Source of the DNA: an uncultured virus (IMG/VR IMGVR_UViG_3300008111_002316)
Taxonomy: Duplodnaviria; Heunggongvirae; Uroviricota; Caudoviricetes
IMG/VR virus record: IMGVR_UViG_3300008111_002316
DNA: 64,000 bases
Reading direction: 5' to 3' (one strand)
Positions within the stretch are counted from its first letter, which is position 1; every line of letters begins with the position of its first letter. Below are positions 21,121-30,953 of this stretch, piece by piece. The position numbers and the translations under genes were made by a program. The notes below the pieces were generated by a model. The model was not told the DNA's origin. It did no database searches and worked only from the letters and a program-made list of their open reading frames with translations.

Positions 21121-21914
21121 TTAAATCGCTGTCATCAAATCAGAAGTCCAAGATTTTCCTGTGAACTTTTTAGGTGCTTTCGTTTTACGACGAGGGAATC
21201 CAGCTTTATCGACTAAATTACGTTGCATTTGTTCTTTAGATTCTGCATCACCCCATCCAGCCCCTAAAGTTACAGCATCGGTCAAATCAAGCACTAACCT
21301 AGCACGATGTTTATAGTGTCCTGATATGATTTCTAGAACTTCCCAATGGCGCATTTTTAAAAGTTCTAATCTAGAAATACCAAAACTATAAAATATTGGT
21401 AGACAATCGATAAGAGTGTTAACATATCTCACTACTCTTGCTCGATTCTCCCATCCAAAGGGACTTCTAAATCTTCCTCAGCACTTTGTGTTTTGATGAC
21501 TGGTTCGACAGTTTGTTTTGCATCTAAAAGTTGTTGACAATGATTGTATAATGACATCACTGTTTTACTTCTTTTTCGTTTAAATGTCCCAGCCGGTACT
21601 CCTAATAATGCTTCAACCATTCGACGGGCAGGTTTATACATTAAAGCTTCTAATTTAGCTTTTTTTACTGAATCTGAAGCACCTACACTTTTTTCAAGTA
21701 TTAGTTCTCCATCTTCATTTTCAACACCGTAAACACTAAGCAAAGCATCCATAGCTTCTGCTCTAGCTTGAAAATATTCAATATATTCGGCTTCAGATAA
21801 ATCTTCAGGGGCTGTGATTTTATATTCTGTGCCATCTAGCATTAAAGTACCTAATGGTTCCCCTTCATCTAAAAATTGGGCAATTATAGAAGTATTAGGC
21901 AAAGTTTCGGGCAT
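21121..21914 (-). CDS. Tail assembly chaperone pair (gpG/gpGT) joined by a -1 frameshift
   Basis: 160-aa ORF followed by a 103-aa ORF in the -1 frame. Slippery heptamer C CCT TTG at 21456-21462; the -1 frame is open into the second ORF. Confidence 0.7.
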
Positions 21915-22016
21915 AATTAAATCAAATCTTTAAGTGGAAAGTCAATCATATTTTGAGCGAAAAATCCTTGGACTTTAGAATCTCAAAATTAAACTACTTT
22001 TTGAACAATCAAAAAC

Positions 22017-22810
22017 TGTACTACTTAGCCCTAAATCAATAAAACTTAATCATATAAAGGGTTTTAACATTTTAGACTTTAAAAAACCCCATTTTAAAAT
22101 CAATAAAACTCTGTCATAGTATGGCTTTGACCCGTTTGTACTATGTAGTGGGGGGGATAACTTTATTTTTTTTATCTTCCACCTCTTTAATCATCGCATT
22201 AAAAAACTTTCATGCTTTTTTTGCTTTCCCACCCTTACCCCGCACCCCAAAAATATTTTTCCACTACCACTTGACATTTTGTTTATTCCCATGCTATGCT
22301 ATACACATAGCGAAAAATAGAGTGGGGGATAGGATACTAGAGTGCTTTAATTCTAGGGTATTCACAAATCAACCTATCAAAAATTAAATATATATTTTAC
22401 ATATTTAGCCCACATTCACCCTTTTACCCATTTTTTACCTCTCAGACCATTACAAATTGGTTTATTGGTAAAAGTATCATGACCCACTCTGAAGTGCGGG
22501 AAAAGGCTGATAAACGAAAAAGTCTAACCCCTCCCCTATCAAAGCAAAAAACAGTTTTGAATCGTTGAGGCTTCCAAATGCTTCAATCTGCTCAATCTAG
22601 ATGGTATATGTTTTTTAGTGCCTAAACTGCGATGATTAAAGAGGTGGAAGATAAAAAAAATAAAGTTATCCCCCCCACTACATAGTACAAACGGGTCAAA
22701 GCCATACTATGACAGAGTTTTATTGATTTTAAAATGGTGTTTTTTTTAAGTCAAAAATGTTGAAACCCTAGATATGATTGGGTTTTATTGATTTTGGGCT
22801 AAGTAGTACA
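22017..22810. repeat. Inverted-repeat element 1: arms 22017-22198 and 22628-22810
   Basis: 22089-22198 is the exact reverse complement of 22628-22737 (110 bp). The outer parts of the arms are imperfect. Confidence 0.95.
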
Positions 22811-22864
22811 ATAAATTTTTGAGTATTGTCCTTTTGGGAATTTTTTGTTATGCTGGGAACAGCT

Positions 22865-24180
22865 TTAGACCCGCCTTTGTTAACATTCATTAACATTTAC
22901 GGTAGTTTACTACCACGGTTAAAGTCTAAAAGATTTTTCTCAAACCCCTTGACATTCTAACTACCATTTGTTATACTTTAATTATTGCAACCCATTTAAT
23001 GCCATGCTATTAGGATTTAAAACTGAAATCAACCCTAATAAAACCCAACTAACTCTCCTAGCCCAAAATGCTGGAGTAGCTAGACACGCATGGAATTGGG
23101 GGTTAGCTCTCACTAAACAGATTCTTAACCATAATAAAATCAATCCAGATGAGAAAATTAAATTCCCTTCAGCTATTGATTTACATAAATGGTTAGTTGC
23201 TATCGTTAAAAGAGATAATCCTTGGTACTACGAAAGCAGTAAATGGAGTCCGCAAAATGCTCTTCGAGCCTTGTCGGACGCATGGCAACGCTGTTTTAAA
23301 AAAGTATCTGGAAGTCCTAAATTCAAAAAGAAAGGTAGAAATGATAAATTCACTCTTGATGGTTCTATCACCGTAGGACATCAAAAAATAAAAATACCTA
23401 ATTTAGGTTGGGTTAAGACTTTTGAGAGATTACCACAAGGGATTTCACCTAAATCAGTTACCCTGTCTAAAAAAGCTGATAGATGGTTTATTAGCTTCAG
23501 AATTGAAGTAGAACCCACTAATCCTGAGAAATCAGTTGATGTAGTAGGTGTTGACCTAGGAATTAAAGCCCTAGCTACACTATCTACAGGGGAAACTTTT
23601 CAAGGTTCAAAACCCTATAAAAGATTGGAATCTAAGTTATCCCGCTTACAATGGTTAAACCGACATAAAACGATTGGTTCTAACAATTGGAGAAAAGCCC
23701 AATTAAAAATAGCTAATCTGCATAGAAAGATTGCTAACATTCGTAAAGATACATTACACAAATTGACTAGCTATCTGACCAAGAACCACGGTATGATAGT
23801 TATTGAAGATTTAAATGTATCTGGAATGATGGCTAATCATTGTCTAGCCAAAGCTATTCAGGATATGGGGTTTTACGAGTTTAGAAGACAGTTAACATAC
23901 AAAACAGAGTTATACGGGTCTAAACTGGTAGTAGTAGATAGATGGTTTCCGTCATCTAAAACTTGCTCTAACTGCGGAGTTAAAAAGGATAAATTGACTC
24001 TATCAGACCGAATTTTCAACTGTGATAGTTGTGGGTTTGAAATAGATAGAGATTTGAATGCTAGTATTAATCTAGCAAAAGCGGGCAGTTAGCTCGTGTT
24101 AGCTTGTGGAGTGGAGTTAGGCCGTCCTTACCACAATGAAGCAAGAAATTAATGTTAATGAATGTTAACATTTTTATAAC
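22865..24180 (+). mobile_element. Non-autonomous IS607/IS200-IS605-type element carrying tnpB only
   Basis: Left end contains TGTTAACATTCATTAACATT and right end contains its reverse complement. No tnpA. Confidence 0.75.
23004..24092 (+). CDS. tnpB: TnpB RNA-guided endonuclease
   Basis: RuvC motifs GVDLG, IEDL and DRDLNAS, plus CxxC..CxxC zinc ribbon. All three catalytic residues are present. Confidence 0.95.
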   Translation: MLLGFKTEINPNKTQLTLLAQNAGVARHAWNWGLALTKQILNHNKINPDEKIKFPSAIDLHKWLVAIVKRDNPWYYESSKWSPQNALRALSDAWQRCFKKVSGSPKFKKKGRNDKFTLDGSITVGHQKIKIPNLGWVKTFERLPQGISPKSVTLSKKADRWFISFRIEVEPTNPEKSVDVVGVDLGIKALATLSTGETFQGSKPYKRLESKLSRLQWLNRHKTIGSNNWRKAQLKIANLHRKIANIRKDTLHKLTSYLTKNHGMIVIEDLNVSGMMANHCLAKAIQDMGFYEFRRQLTYKTELYGSKLVVVDRWFPSSKTCSNCGVKKDKLTLSDRIFNCDSCGFEIDRDLNASINLAKAGS

Positions 24181-24200
24181 GGAACAGCTAATTAACTCCA
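24060..24200 (+). ncRNA. Putative TnpB omegaRNA (scaffold to ~24180, then flank-derived guide)
   Basis: Established position overlapping the tnpB 3' end and right end. Stem GCTTGTGG...GAAGCAAG. Boundaries approximate. Confidence 0.6.
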
Positions 24201-24217
24201 CCTCCCCCAAAAAACTA

Positions 24218-24505
24218 ATGAACAATCCACAACCAAAACCAGTAAAAGTCTATGTAACAGAGTACGCCCTAACAGCCGGGGTTTATTTAACTGAAGCCGA
24301 AATTTCAGAGTGTGGACGTTTTGCAAGAGCAAAAAATCAGTTTGGGACAGACACTGCGTATACTCTAGGAAAGTCAGCCTTTTTTACCGTTGAAGAAGCA
24401 AAAGCAAATTTTGAAAAACGAAAAGCTTCTGCCCTTAAATCTGCTGAAAAGAAAATCAAAAAATTGAAAAATTTAGAGTTTTCTTTTACAGATTGCATTG
24501 ACTAA
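24218..24505 (+). CDS. Hypothetical protein
   Basis: 95 aa; VYVTEYALTAGV...EEAKANFEKRK. Confidence 0.6.
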   Translation: MNNPQPKPVKVYVTEYALTAGVYLTEAEISECGRFARAKNQFGTDTAYTLGKSAFFTVEEAKANFEKRKASALKSAEKKIKKLKNLEFSFTDCID

Positions 24506-24579
24506 ATCACAACCAGAACCGCAAAGAGTTTTTCACTAACCCTGCCGTAAAACAGACGGGGTTTTTACCCAAATTTCCC

Positions 24580-24843
24580 CTGACTAATCCATACCAACCA
24601 GAACCGCAAAGAAGAGTTTATGTTACTAGATACTCTCTAACATCTGGAGTTTATCGAACAAATTCATATTTCTTAAACCCGTACGATGTAGCTTTTGTCA
24701 AAAACCGACAAGGAGCTATTATTACCATAAAAGTTGGTAAGTCAGTCTTTTTGACGTACGAAGAAGCAAAAAAAGATTCTGAAAAACGAAAAGCTTTTGC
24801 CAGGAGATACTTTTGTCCGCTTGAAAACAGTAAATACAAGTAA
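24580..24843 (+). pseudogene. Paralog of 24218..24505 lacking an ATG start
   Basis: Open frame TNPYQPEPQRRVYVTRYSLTSGVY...GKSVFLTYEEAKKDSEKRK starting at CTG. Confidence 0.6.
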
Positions 24844-24921
24844 TGACGATAATATTTTCGGAATATTTGTTACTAGCAAGACTGAAATTATTTTCGCCAG
24901 CATAACTTCTGTTTTGTAAAT

Positions 24922-25824
24922 TTAAGCTAATCCTTGAGTCCAGACTCGCATTAATATTCTTTCCGATCCTAACACCCCGACACATATCCAAGTATTCATG
25001 TTTGATAGATCAGGGTCTATTCCTGTATTTCTATAGACTTCTCCCACAGGTATCTGTAAACTTGTTTTTAACAGATTCGGCACATACCCAATAGCCTTGT
25101 TAGGTGCGTCATTATCCCTTAAGTAAAATTCTGTGGTGTTCGCTCCTGGAGTAGCGGACAGACAAGAAACAGGATAATTAGCAATAGGGTCAGCATCTGG
25201 TAGCTGAGGAATATTAAAATTGCGAACAACATTGCTATTTTCAGCAGAAGGTCTAAAACCTCTAATTTGATGAGTGTCTGAATCTAATATCAATATATAG
25301 GCATTTCTAGGAAAAGCATTACCGCTATAGATTGAGTTATTAAGCCAACCAAAACTAACAAAACAAAAATTATTATTGTTTAAATCCTGCCCGTTTCTTG
25401 CTATTGAAAAAATACTAAGACTTCTATTGTTTAATACGCCGTAAAAAGCACGAGATGAAGCTCCAGCGAATAAGTAACTACTGTCGTATAAGCTGTCGTT
25501 ATTATTCGCTATAGTTGGATAGCTTATTCTCGCCGCAGATGTAACATTAATGTTAGTAGTTACAGTTGACGCATTTTCCTCTCCAAATCTATATTTAGAA
25601 CTGGTAGCTGGGAAAGTAAGACTTTCAAAAGAAGTGGGGAATATAACTTTTAGCGTAGTAGATGAGGATGTAACAGCACAGGTTTGGTTAAAAAAATTGT
25701 TAATCCAAGTAGCTAATTGAGCCGTGGTAAATCCAACAGATTCAGGACTGTACAAAAGATCATTAATTCTCCATCCGTAATAAGAATTGCCGAAGGTGTC
25801 GGTGTTGATTAAAGGTAAATTCAT
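24922..25824 (-). CDS. Virion/tail-fibre-associated protein (putative)
   Basis: 300 aa, S/T/N-rich, downstream of the tail tube gene. Confidence 0.5.
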   Translation of the reverse strand: MNLPLINTDTFGNSYYGWRINDLLYSPESVGFTTAQLATWINNFFNQTCAVTSSSTTLKVIFPTSFESLTFPATSSKYRFGEENASTVTTNINVTSAARISYPTIANNNDSLYDSSYLFAGASSRAFYGVLNNRSLSIFSIARNGQDLNNNNFCFVSFGWLNNSIYSGNAFPRNAYILILDSDTHQIRGFRPSAENSNVVRNFNIPQLPDADPIANYPVSCLSATPGANTTEFYLRDNDAPNKAIGYVPNLLKTSLQIPVGEVYRNTGIDPDLSNMNTWICVGVLGSERILMRVWTQGLA

Positions 25825-26039
25825 GGCGTTCTATCAAATCCTGAGTTATTAAGATCAAAAGCGCAATAAACAAAAGTCCCGTTAACGGGATCAATTGGTC
25901 TTAATTCGTTAACAGAAAAAGCGCAATAAACAAAAGTCCCGTTAACGGGATCAATTGGTCTTAATTCGTTAACAGAAAAAGCACAGTAAACAAAAGTGTT
26001 ATATAGAATTGTATCTGGCCAGTACAACCATCTAGGCAT
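25821..26039 (-). CDS. 72-aa protein made of 20-aa repeats
   Basis: 60-bp tandem repeat at 25857-25998; stop overlaps the next ATG (ATGA). Confidence 0.6.
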   Translation of the reverse strand: MPRWLYWPDTILYNTFVYCAFSVNELRPIDPVNGTFVYCAFSVNELRPIDPVNGTFVYCAFDLNNSGFDRTP

Positions 26040-26093
26040 ATTGAATACTTAAGGAAAAATCTATATTAACAGGATTAGAGATATTAGAATTTA

Positions 26094-26414
26094 CAGTAGA
26101 TAAAAGATTAACATTCGTAAATATCTAAGGGTATCAACTCCCTATTTTGGGTAGCTTAGTTAGGAATTTTATACGGATTCCTCTAAAACTAATCACTCTG
26201 CGAGCTAATTGCACGCTTTACCATAGTTAAAGGGGGTTTTGACCCGTTATAATTAAGCTTGGTTTTTGCCTAACTAATTTTGTTGGGTTAACCCCCGTAT
26301 AACAGATGGTCGATAAGATGTCAAGGGGGGGTGGGTTGAGAAAAATCTTTTAGACTTAAACCCTAGTAGTAAACTACTGTAAATGTTAATGAATGTTAAC
26401 AAAGGCGGGTCTAA
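26094..26414 (-). mobile_element. Gene-less mini-element with the tnpB element's left end and promoter, and a right-end-like terminus
   Basis: 26296-26414 is the reverse complement of 22865-22977 with few changes. Ends ATATTTACGAATGTTAATCTTTTATCTAC. Confidence 0.75.
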
Positions 26415-26438
26415 AACTAAGCACTTTCAAAATTTGAG

Positions 26439-27077
26439 TTAAGCTACGGTTTCATCACCAAAAATAATCCGAACACCAGAGCTATCAGGTAAAGATGTGA
26501 GAGTCACTTTGAGTTCTTGTTGAGTTTGTAACCCAAAAGCCAAGTTAGTACCATTGATAGAAGTCAATGCACCGTTAGGAAAAGTTACCCAGTTATTAAC
26601 CCAAGCTTTATAAGCGGCTACATCAGCATCAAAAGCATCTTCGGCTAATCCCACAGTACCATAAGTTTTACCGTTATAAGTGGTAGTAGTGGGGGCAGTA
26701 TTACCTGGGTCAGTAAGAACGGGATAAGGTTTTAATACAACTTTTTGACCAGTAATCAGAGTGCCTGCTTGGTCTGTAACTTCTACTTTTCGCATAGTGT
26801 AGTTAACGGTATTAACCGTATCAGTGTCAGATTGGAGAGGCACACCAAAAAGAAGAGCAATTTGTTGAGCAGAAATGTCTGAGATAGAGATTTCCAATTT
26901 ACCTTCAATACCCGTTTTAATATAGCCAACTGGTTTAGAGGAACTTTGGTCTTTGAGGGTAAACTCATCCCTTTCAATCCTCAGCGTGGCATCATTCATT
27001 TGTTGGTCATTGGTGATAGTGATTTTATTCAGACCTGTACCAATTTCAATTAGAGATGGTCCGGAACGTTTTGCCAT
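26439..27077 (-). CDS. Major tail (tube) protein
   Basis: 212 aa, T-rich, beta-type; follows the head-tail joining genes. Confidence 0.65.
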   Translation of the reverse strand: MAKRSGPSLIEIGTGLNKITITNDQQMNDATLRIERDEFTLKDQSSSKPVGYIKTGIEGKLEISISDISAQQIALLFGVPLQSDTDTVNTVNYTMRKVEVTDQAGTLITGQKVVLKPYPVLTDPGNTAPTTTTYNGKTYGTVGLAEDAFDADVAAYKAWVNNWVTFPNGALTSINGTNLAFGLQTQQELKVTLTSLPDSSGVRIIFGDETVA

Positions 27078-27130
27078 TGTTTTAATTTATCCTTTTTTAC
27101 TAGCAGACTTAACTAAGGTAATGAGCGTTT

Positions 27131-27547
27131 TTAGACATTTCGGATATGAAATCGATAATCAACACCACTAATATAAATTTCAAAGGATTTATCAAATATA
27201 GGAGCGATGCGACGAGCTAAGTAGCTATGATTAGACTCTTGGTTTAGCATAATAAGGTTAAAAGGATTTAAAGACTGCAAATATTCAATCAAAGATTCTT
27301 GAATTTGACGGTTTTTAGCATAATCAGCGTTAAAAACTAAAAAAGAAACTAAAGGATGAATAATATCTCTAGAAATAATGGAACCTTCAATGTCATCAGA
27401 TATAGCAGAAAAAGTAATAATCGTTTTTCCATTATATAACTCATTCTTTGTTTTTGGGTAATTAACTGAAAAAGTAATGTCACTATTAACAAAAAATTCA
27501 GTTAAGAGAGTAAATAATGCTGATTCTAATTTAGATACACTTAACAT
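27131..27547 (-). CDS. Putative tail terminator
   Basis: Size and position immediately before the tail tube gene. Confidence 0.45.
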   Translation of the reverse strand: MLSVSKLESALFTLLTEFFVNSDITFSVNYPKTKNELYNGKTIITFSAISDDIEGSIISRDIIHPLVSFLVFNADYAKNRQIQESLIEYLQSLNPFNLIMLNQESNHSYLARRIAPIFDKSFEIYISGVDYRFHIRNV

Positions 27548-27774
27548 TAAACCCTCCGAAGCTCTTGAGAAAGTTTGTCAACATAAGGTCTTACTTCAGG
27601 GTTAAGTAATTCTTCTGTTATATCTTTTTTAATAATTACCCTAACTTCGTTTTCTTCTTGGGTAACTTTAGCATTCTCAAACTGTTGAGTAAGAAAGTCA
27701 ACTTTATTAAACAAAGAAATGATTTTGTCTTGTTTAAATCTATCTAATTCAGCATGGTTACGAACGACGGGCAT
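27547..27774 (-). CDS. Putative neck/tail-completion protein
   Basis: Start reassigned to MPVVRNH; called from position. Confidence 0.4.
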   Translation of the reverse strand: MPVVRNHAELDRFKQDKIISLFNKVDFLTQQFENAKVTQEENEVRVIIKKDITEELLNPEVRPYVDKLSQELRRV

Positions 27775-27784
27775 AAAATTATTC

Positions 27785-28213
27785 CTATGGTAACAAAGTT
27801 TGAACATCAGACCAACTATACGGAACCCCTTCATTGGCATTAACCACAACGGTAGATAAAGCAGATAAATTGTATTTAACGTTCTTAACGACTGCCGATA
27901 CAATTCTGGTGTTTTCCGACCAATCAATAAAAGCATAGTCACCCATTAGAATTTCAGCTTGGGGTATAGCCATTTTAAACCTGAAAATTCCTCCAGAATT
28001 TGAACTAAATTGAAGTCTCTCGTGAAAAGTACCATCTTCAAAAGAGATTATAGGATAACTATTTACCAACAAGAGGGGGTTTAGATTAGGTGCGTTAAAA
28101 GGATTAGAGGCAATGTTAGAAGGACGAACAATGTGAACATACCCCGCATTTAATGTGTTCACAATCTCCCTAACTACTTCCTGTAATCCTAAGTCAGATA
28201 AATTTAAACTCAT
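27785..28213 (-). CDS. Putative head-closure protein
   Basis: Size and position; late motif upstream. Confidence 0.45.
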   Translation of the reverse strand: MSLNLSDLGLQEVVREIVNTLNAGYVHIVRPSNIASNPFNAPNLNPLLLVNSYPIISFEDGTFHERLQFSSNSGGIFRFKMAIPQAEILMGDYAFIDWSENTRIVSAVVKNVKYNLSALSTVVVNANEGVPYSWSDVQTLLP

Positions 28214-28251
28214 AAGGAAATTTTGGTGTAATAACCTTATTTTGAGCGGAA

Positions 28252-28557
28252 TTAGTTTAATCGTCTTCGGAAATGATAAGTACCAGAAACAAATTTTCCA
28301 ACATCGGAAGCGTGAAAAATCATTGTGCCAAGAGTTCGATTGATTGAAATGAAACCCCCAACAGGTGGAGATGCCCCATTAAACAAAATACGTTCAGGAG
28401 GTATTAATTCATTATTGATGCTTAATTTAAGATAATTTAAGTCAGCACCAATAATTTCTTCAAAACCTGATTTTGAAGAAGCAAAAGGAAAAGGTACGAC
28501 TAGAGAATCAGGGATTAAAATAGACATTAAAAGAGAATCAGGGATTAAAATAGACAT
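28252..28557 (-). CDS. Small virion protein with a duplicated N-terminal decapeptide
   Basis: MSILIPDSLL-MSILIPDSLV, from a 30-bp duplication. Confidence 0.55.
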   Translation of the reverse strand: MSILIPDSLLMSILIPDSLVVPFPFASSKSGFEEIIGADLNYLKLSINNELIPPERILFNGASPPVGGFISINRTLGTMIFHASDVGKFVSGTYHFRRRLN

Positions 28558-30953
28558 TAAAGATTTCCTTGAGAAATTTCAGAAGCTGAAAAAGTAACAT
28601 AGTGTTCTATAATACGGGCATTATCTCCTAAAACACCATAACAAACAGGGAGTGTATAAAAGTCCTGAGATTGAAAAGAAACACCAGTTTGACCATTTTG
28701 AAAATTAATTGATAGACCATCAAGAATAGGTTGAGAATCGGCGTGGGTTGTTTTAACGCCACTATGGTCTTTAACCCAAGCAGAACCATTCCAACCCCAA
28801 GATTCCCACTCAAGAGAACAAACACCAATACTTCCCCCAACAAAAAAAAGATTTCTGCCTAAATACAATGAATTATCAGAAAGCTCTTGAGTTAACCTAT
28901 TAACACTTTGAACTTCAACAACAGAATTATTTCTTACAGAAATAAAAATATTAACCCCATTTCTTAAATCCTGTCTGGCATAATAAAAATTATTTTCGTC
29001 AAAAAACCCAATACGCTTGACATTTCCCGAAACCACGTTAGCCGGAGAAAAATTACTATTTTGTGTAGCCTGAGAACCAAAAGAATTAGCATGAAAAGAA
29101 TGAGTATTAACAGCATGGAAAATCCAAAAATCTCCAAAAGTAGAAACTTGAACAGCTTTGTCTGTAGGTATAATACCACCTGTGACAGTTGTATTGAACG
29201 TAACAGAATTTGCACTACCATTCCCAATAGACATAGACCACCAAACTAATGCAAAATTGCTACCATTACGCAAATAAATAACAAATTCAGCATTTGGTCT
29301 ATTAGAAGAAGTACAACCTACTAATGCAAAAACATTAGCCCAACCCATAGATGTAATATTAGCATTAGAGGGGTTAAAAAAAGTTGACCAGTTAGAGGAT
29401 AAATTTGTAATTCCGTTATTAGTAACAATAAATAGGTCTAAGGCTGTTTGATTAAAAGCAGAAGCCACAGCATAAACCGGTGTAGTTACCAGTCTAACAA
29501 TAGAATTAGTACCCCCTGCTGGGTTAATTTCCCACAATCCTGTGTCAGAACAAGCCACATAAATTTTTCCGTTAAATATTTCTAACTGTTTAATATTGGT
29601 AACAGGGAGATTAGCATTAGAAACAGTAGTATCATTATTGACATCAAAATTTTTGTAATCTCCATTTAAAATGTCAATCATTGTGACTCCTGTAGAATCC
29701 CAACGTATTAGTGTTCTATCGTTAAAAACTTTGTAGTTAAGATGATTTTGATGTCCATGAGAATGATTAAAAGGAACCCTAGAATACCTATAACCTAAAA
29801 AGGGAATTACATCTAGTGTTTGCAACCAAGAATTACCTTCATAATGGGTAAAACGTTGACGTTCTAAACGATAAGTAGCAACTCCAATATTTCCAGAATC
29901 TACAATTCGTATTCTATACATATCAGGATAATAGCCAGTCCAAGAACCAGAAGGTATCATTTTTCCTGAACCATTAGCTGACCATGTAGCATCATAAAAA
30001 GCAGACACGGCATTATTTTTTTTACCCCAAGAAGTTTGAATAGGATTGCGAGCGGGATTCACTAATTGAATTGCAACAGCTGTTAAGCCAGTTGAATCCA
30101 AGTCACCAACAGCTAATGTGTTTATAACTCTACCTGTAAAAGCATCTAATCCTAATGAATTACCACCCAATTTAAACTCTAAATTCGATAACAGTCGTGA
30201 AATGTCTCTATTAACAGATAGCCCATTATTTAAGCCATTAAGTGATGACGAAATATTTGTAGAAGTATCTGACACCCAAAAATGATAATTATCTGGGTTA
30301 GGCAAAAAAGTTAAACTAGGGGTTTGACGAGGGCTAGTAATATCAGACCTTGAAGATATAAACTTTGCATCGAATCCAAAAAGAACTCTACCAATATGTC
30401 GTATTAAATCTCCACCTTTAGGCAATCCTAATCCAACCTCATTAACAAAATAGACCCTGTAAAAGATGTCAATATTTTCAAAAGCACCCTGTGTGACGTT
30501 ATTTTCAAAAAGAACATAAGCGTAAGCAGAAGTTGAAAGATAGGTAGTACCTACCGCATTAGCACTTGGTGCATTCTCACCAACCGCAACAGTACGGAAA
30601 GTTCTGGAAGCCCCTGTAAAAACTAACCGTCCTCGTAATTCACCGTACATAGGTGATTCATCAGTAGCCTCTACCCATGACACCTCTGTAGCACCAGTCG
30701 GAGGCTCACAGCGTGCAATTAAACCACTGACAGTTGTAACATATCTATCTGGGGTATCTGTAGAAGAAGAGATATATAATCTCTCTGCTATCGCAAAAGG
30801 TGCGGACAGTAGGTTAGTACCAGACACATTTGAGAGATTTAAAGCAGTTTGATAACCTCTTTCTGTAAAAGTGTTATATTCTGTAATAGAACGTGATTGT
30901 CCAGTTTTCTCATCCGTTATCAAAAGAGTGACTTGCCCTATAGGTTTAAACAT
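28557..30953 (-). CDS. Tail/receptor-binding protein (beta-propeller-like)
   Basis: About 798 aa, TAATG-coupled to the upstream gene; IYVACSDTGLWEI-type repeats. Confidence 0.55.
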   Translation of the reverse strand: MFKPIGQVTLLITDEKTGQSRSITEYNTFTERGYQTALNLSNVSGTNLLSAPFAIAERLYISSSTDTPDRYVTTVSGLIARCEPPTGATEVSWVEATDESPMYGELRGRLVFTGASRTFRTVAVGENAPSANAVGTTYLSTSAYAYVLFENNVTQGAFENIDIFYRVYFVNEVGLGLPKGGDLIRHIGRVLFGFDAKFISSRSDITSPRQTPSLTFLPNPDNYHFWVSDTSTNISSSLNGLNNGLSVNRDISRLLSNLEFKLGGNSLGLDAFTGRVINTLAVGDLDSTGLTAVAIQLVNPARNPIQTSWGKKNNAVSAFYDATWSANGSGKMIPSGSWTGYYPDMYRIRIVDSGNIGVATYRLERQRFTHYEGNSWLQTLDVIPFLGYRYSRVPFNHSHGHQNHLNYKVFNDRTLIRWDSTGVTMIDILNGDYKNFDVNNDTTVSNANLPVTNIKQLEIFNGKIYVACSDTGLWEINPAGGTNSIVRLVTTPVYAVASAFNQTALDLFIVTNNGITNLSSNWSTFFNPSNANITSMGWANVFALVGCTSSNRPNAEFVIYLRNGSNFALVWWSMSIGNGSANSVTFNTTVTGGIIPTDKAVQVSTFGDFWIFHAVNTHSFHANSFGSQATQNSNFSPANVVSGNVKRIGFFDENNFYYARQDLRNGVNIFISVRNNSVVEVQSVNRLTQELSDNSLYLGRNLFFVGGSIGVCSLEWESWGWNGSAWVKDHSGVKTTHADSQPILDGLSINFQNGQTGVSFQSQDFYTLPVCYGVLGDNARIIEHYVTFSASEISQGNL

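Noticed and set aside
22121..22387. 88-aa ORF in IR element 1 (likewise 55231..55425 in element 2)
   Set aside because: Runs through repeat arms and homopolymers, with no RBS or protein-like composition.
22017..22810. Retron msr/msd or DGR cassette
   Set aside because: No reverse transcriptase in the window, and the arms are far longer than retron a1/a2 repeats.
23004..24092. Nuclease-dead TnpB (TldR-like repressor)
   Set aside because: All three RuvC acidic residues (D, E, D) are intact.
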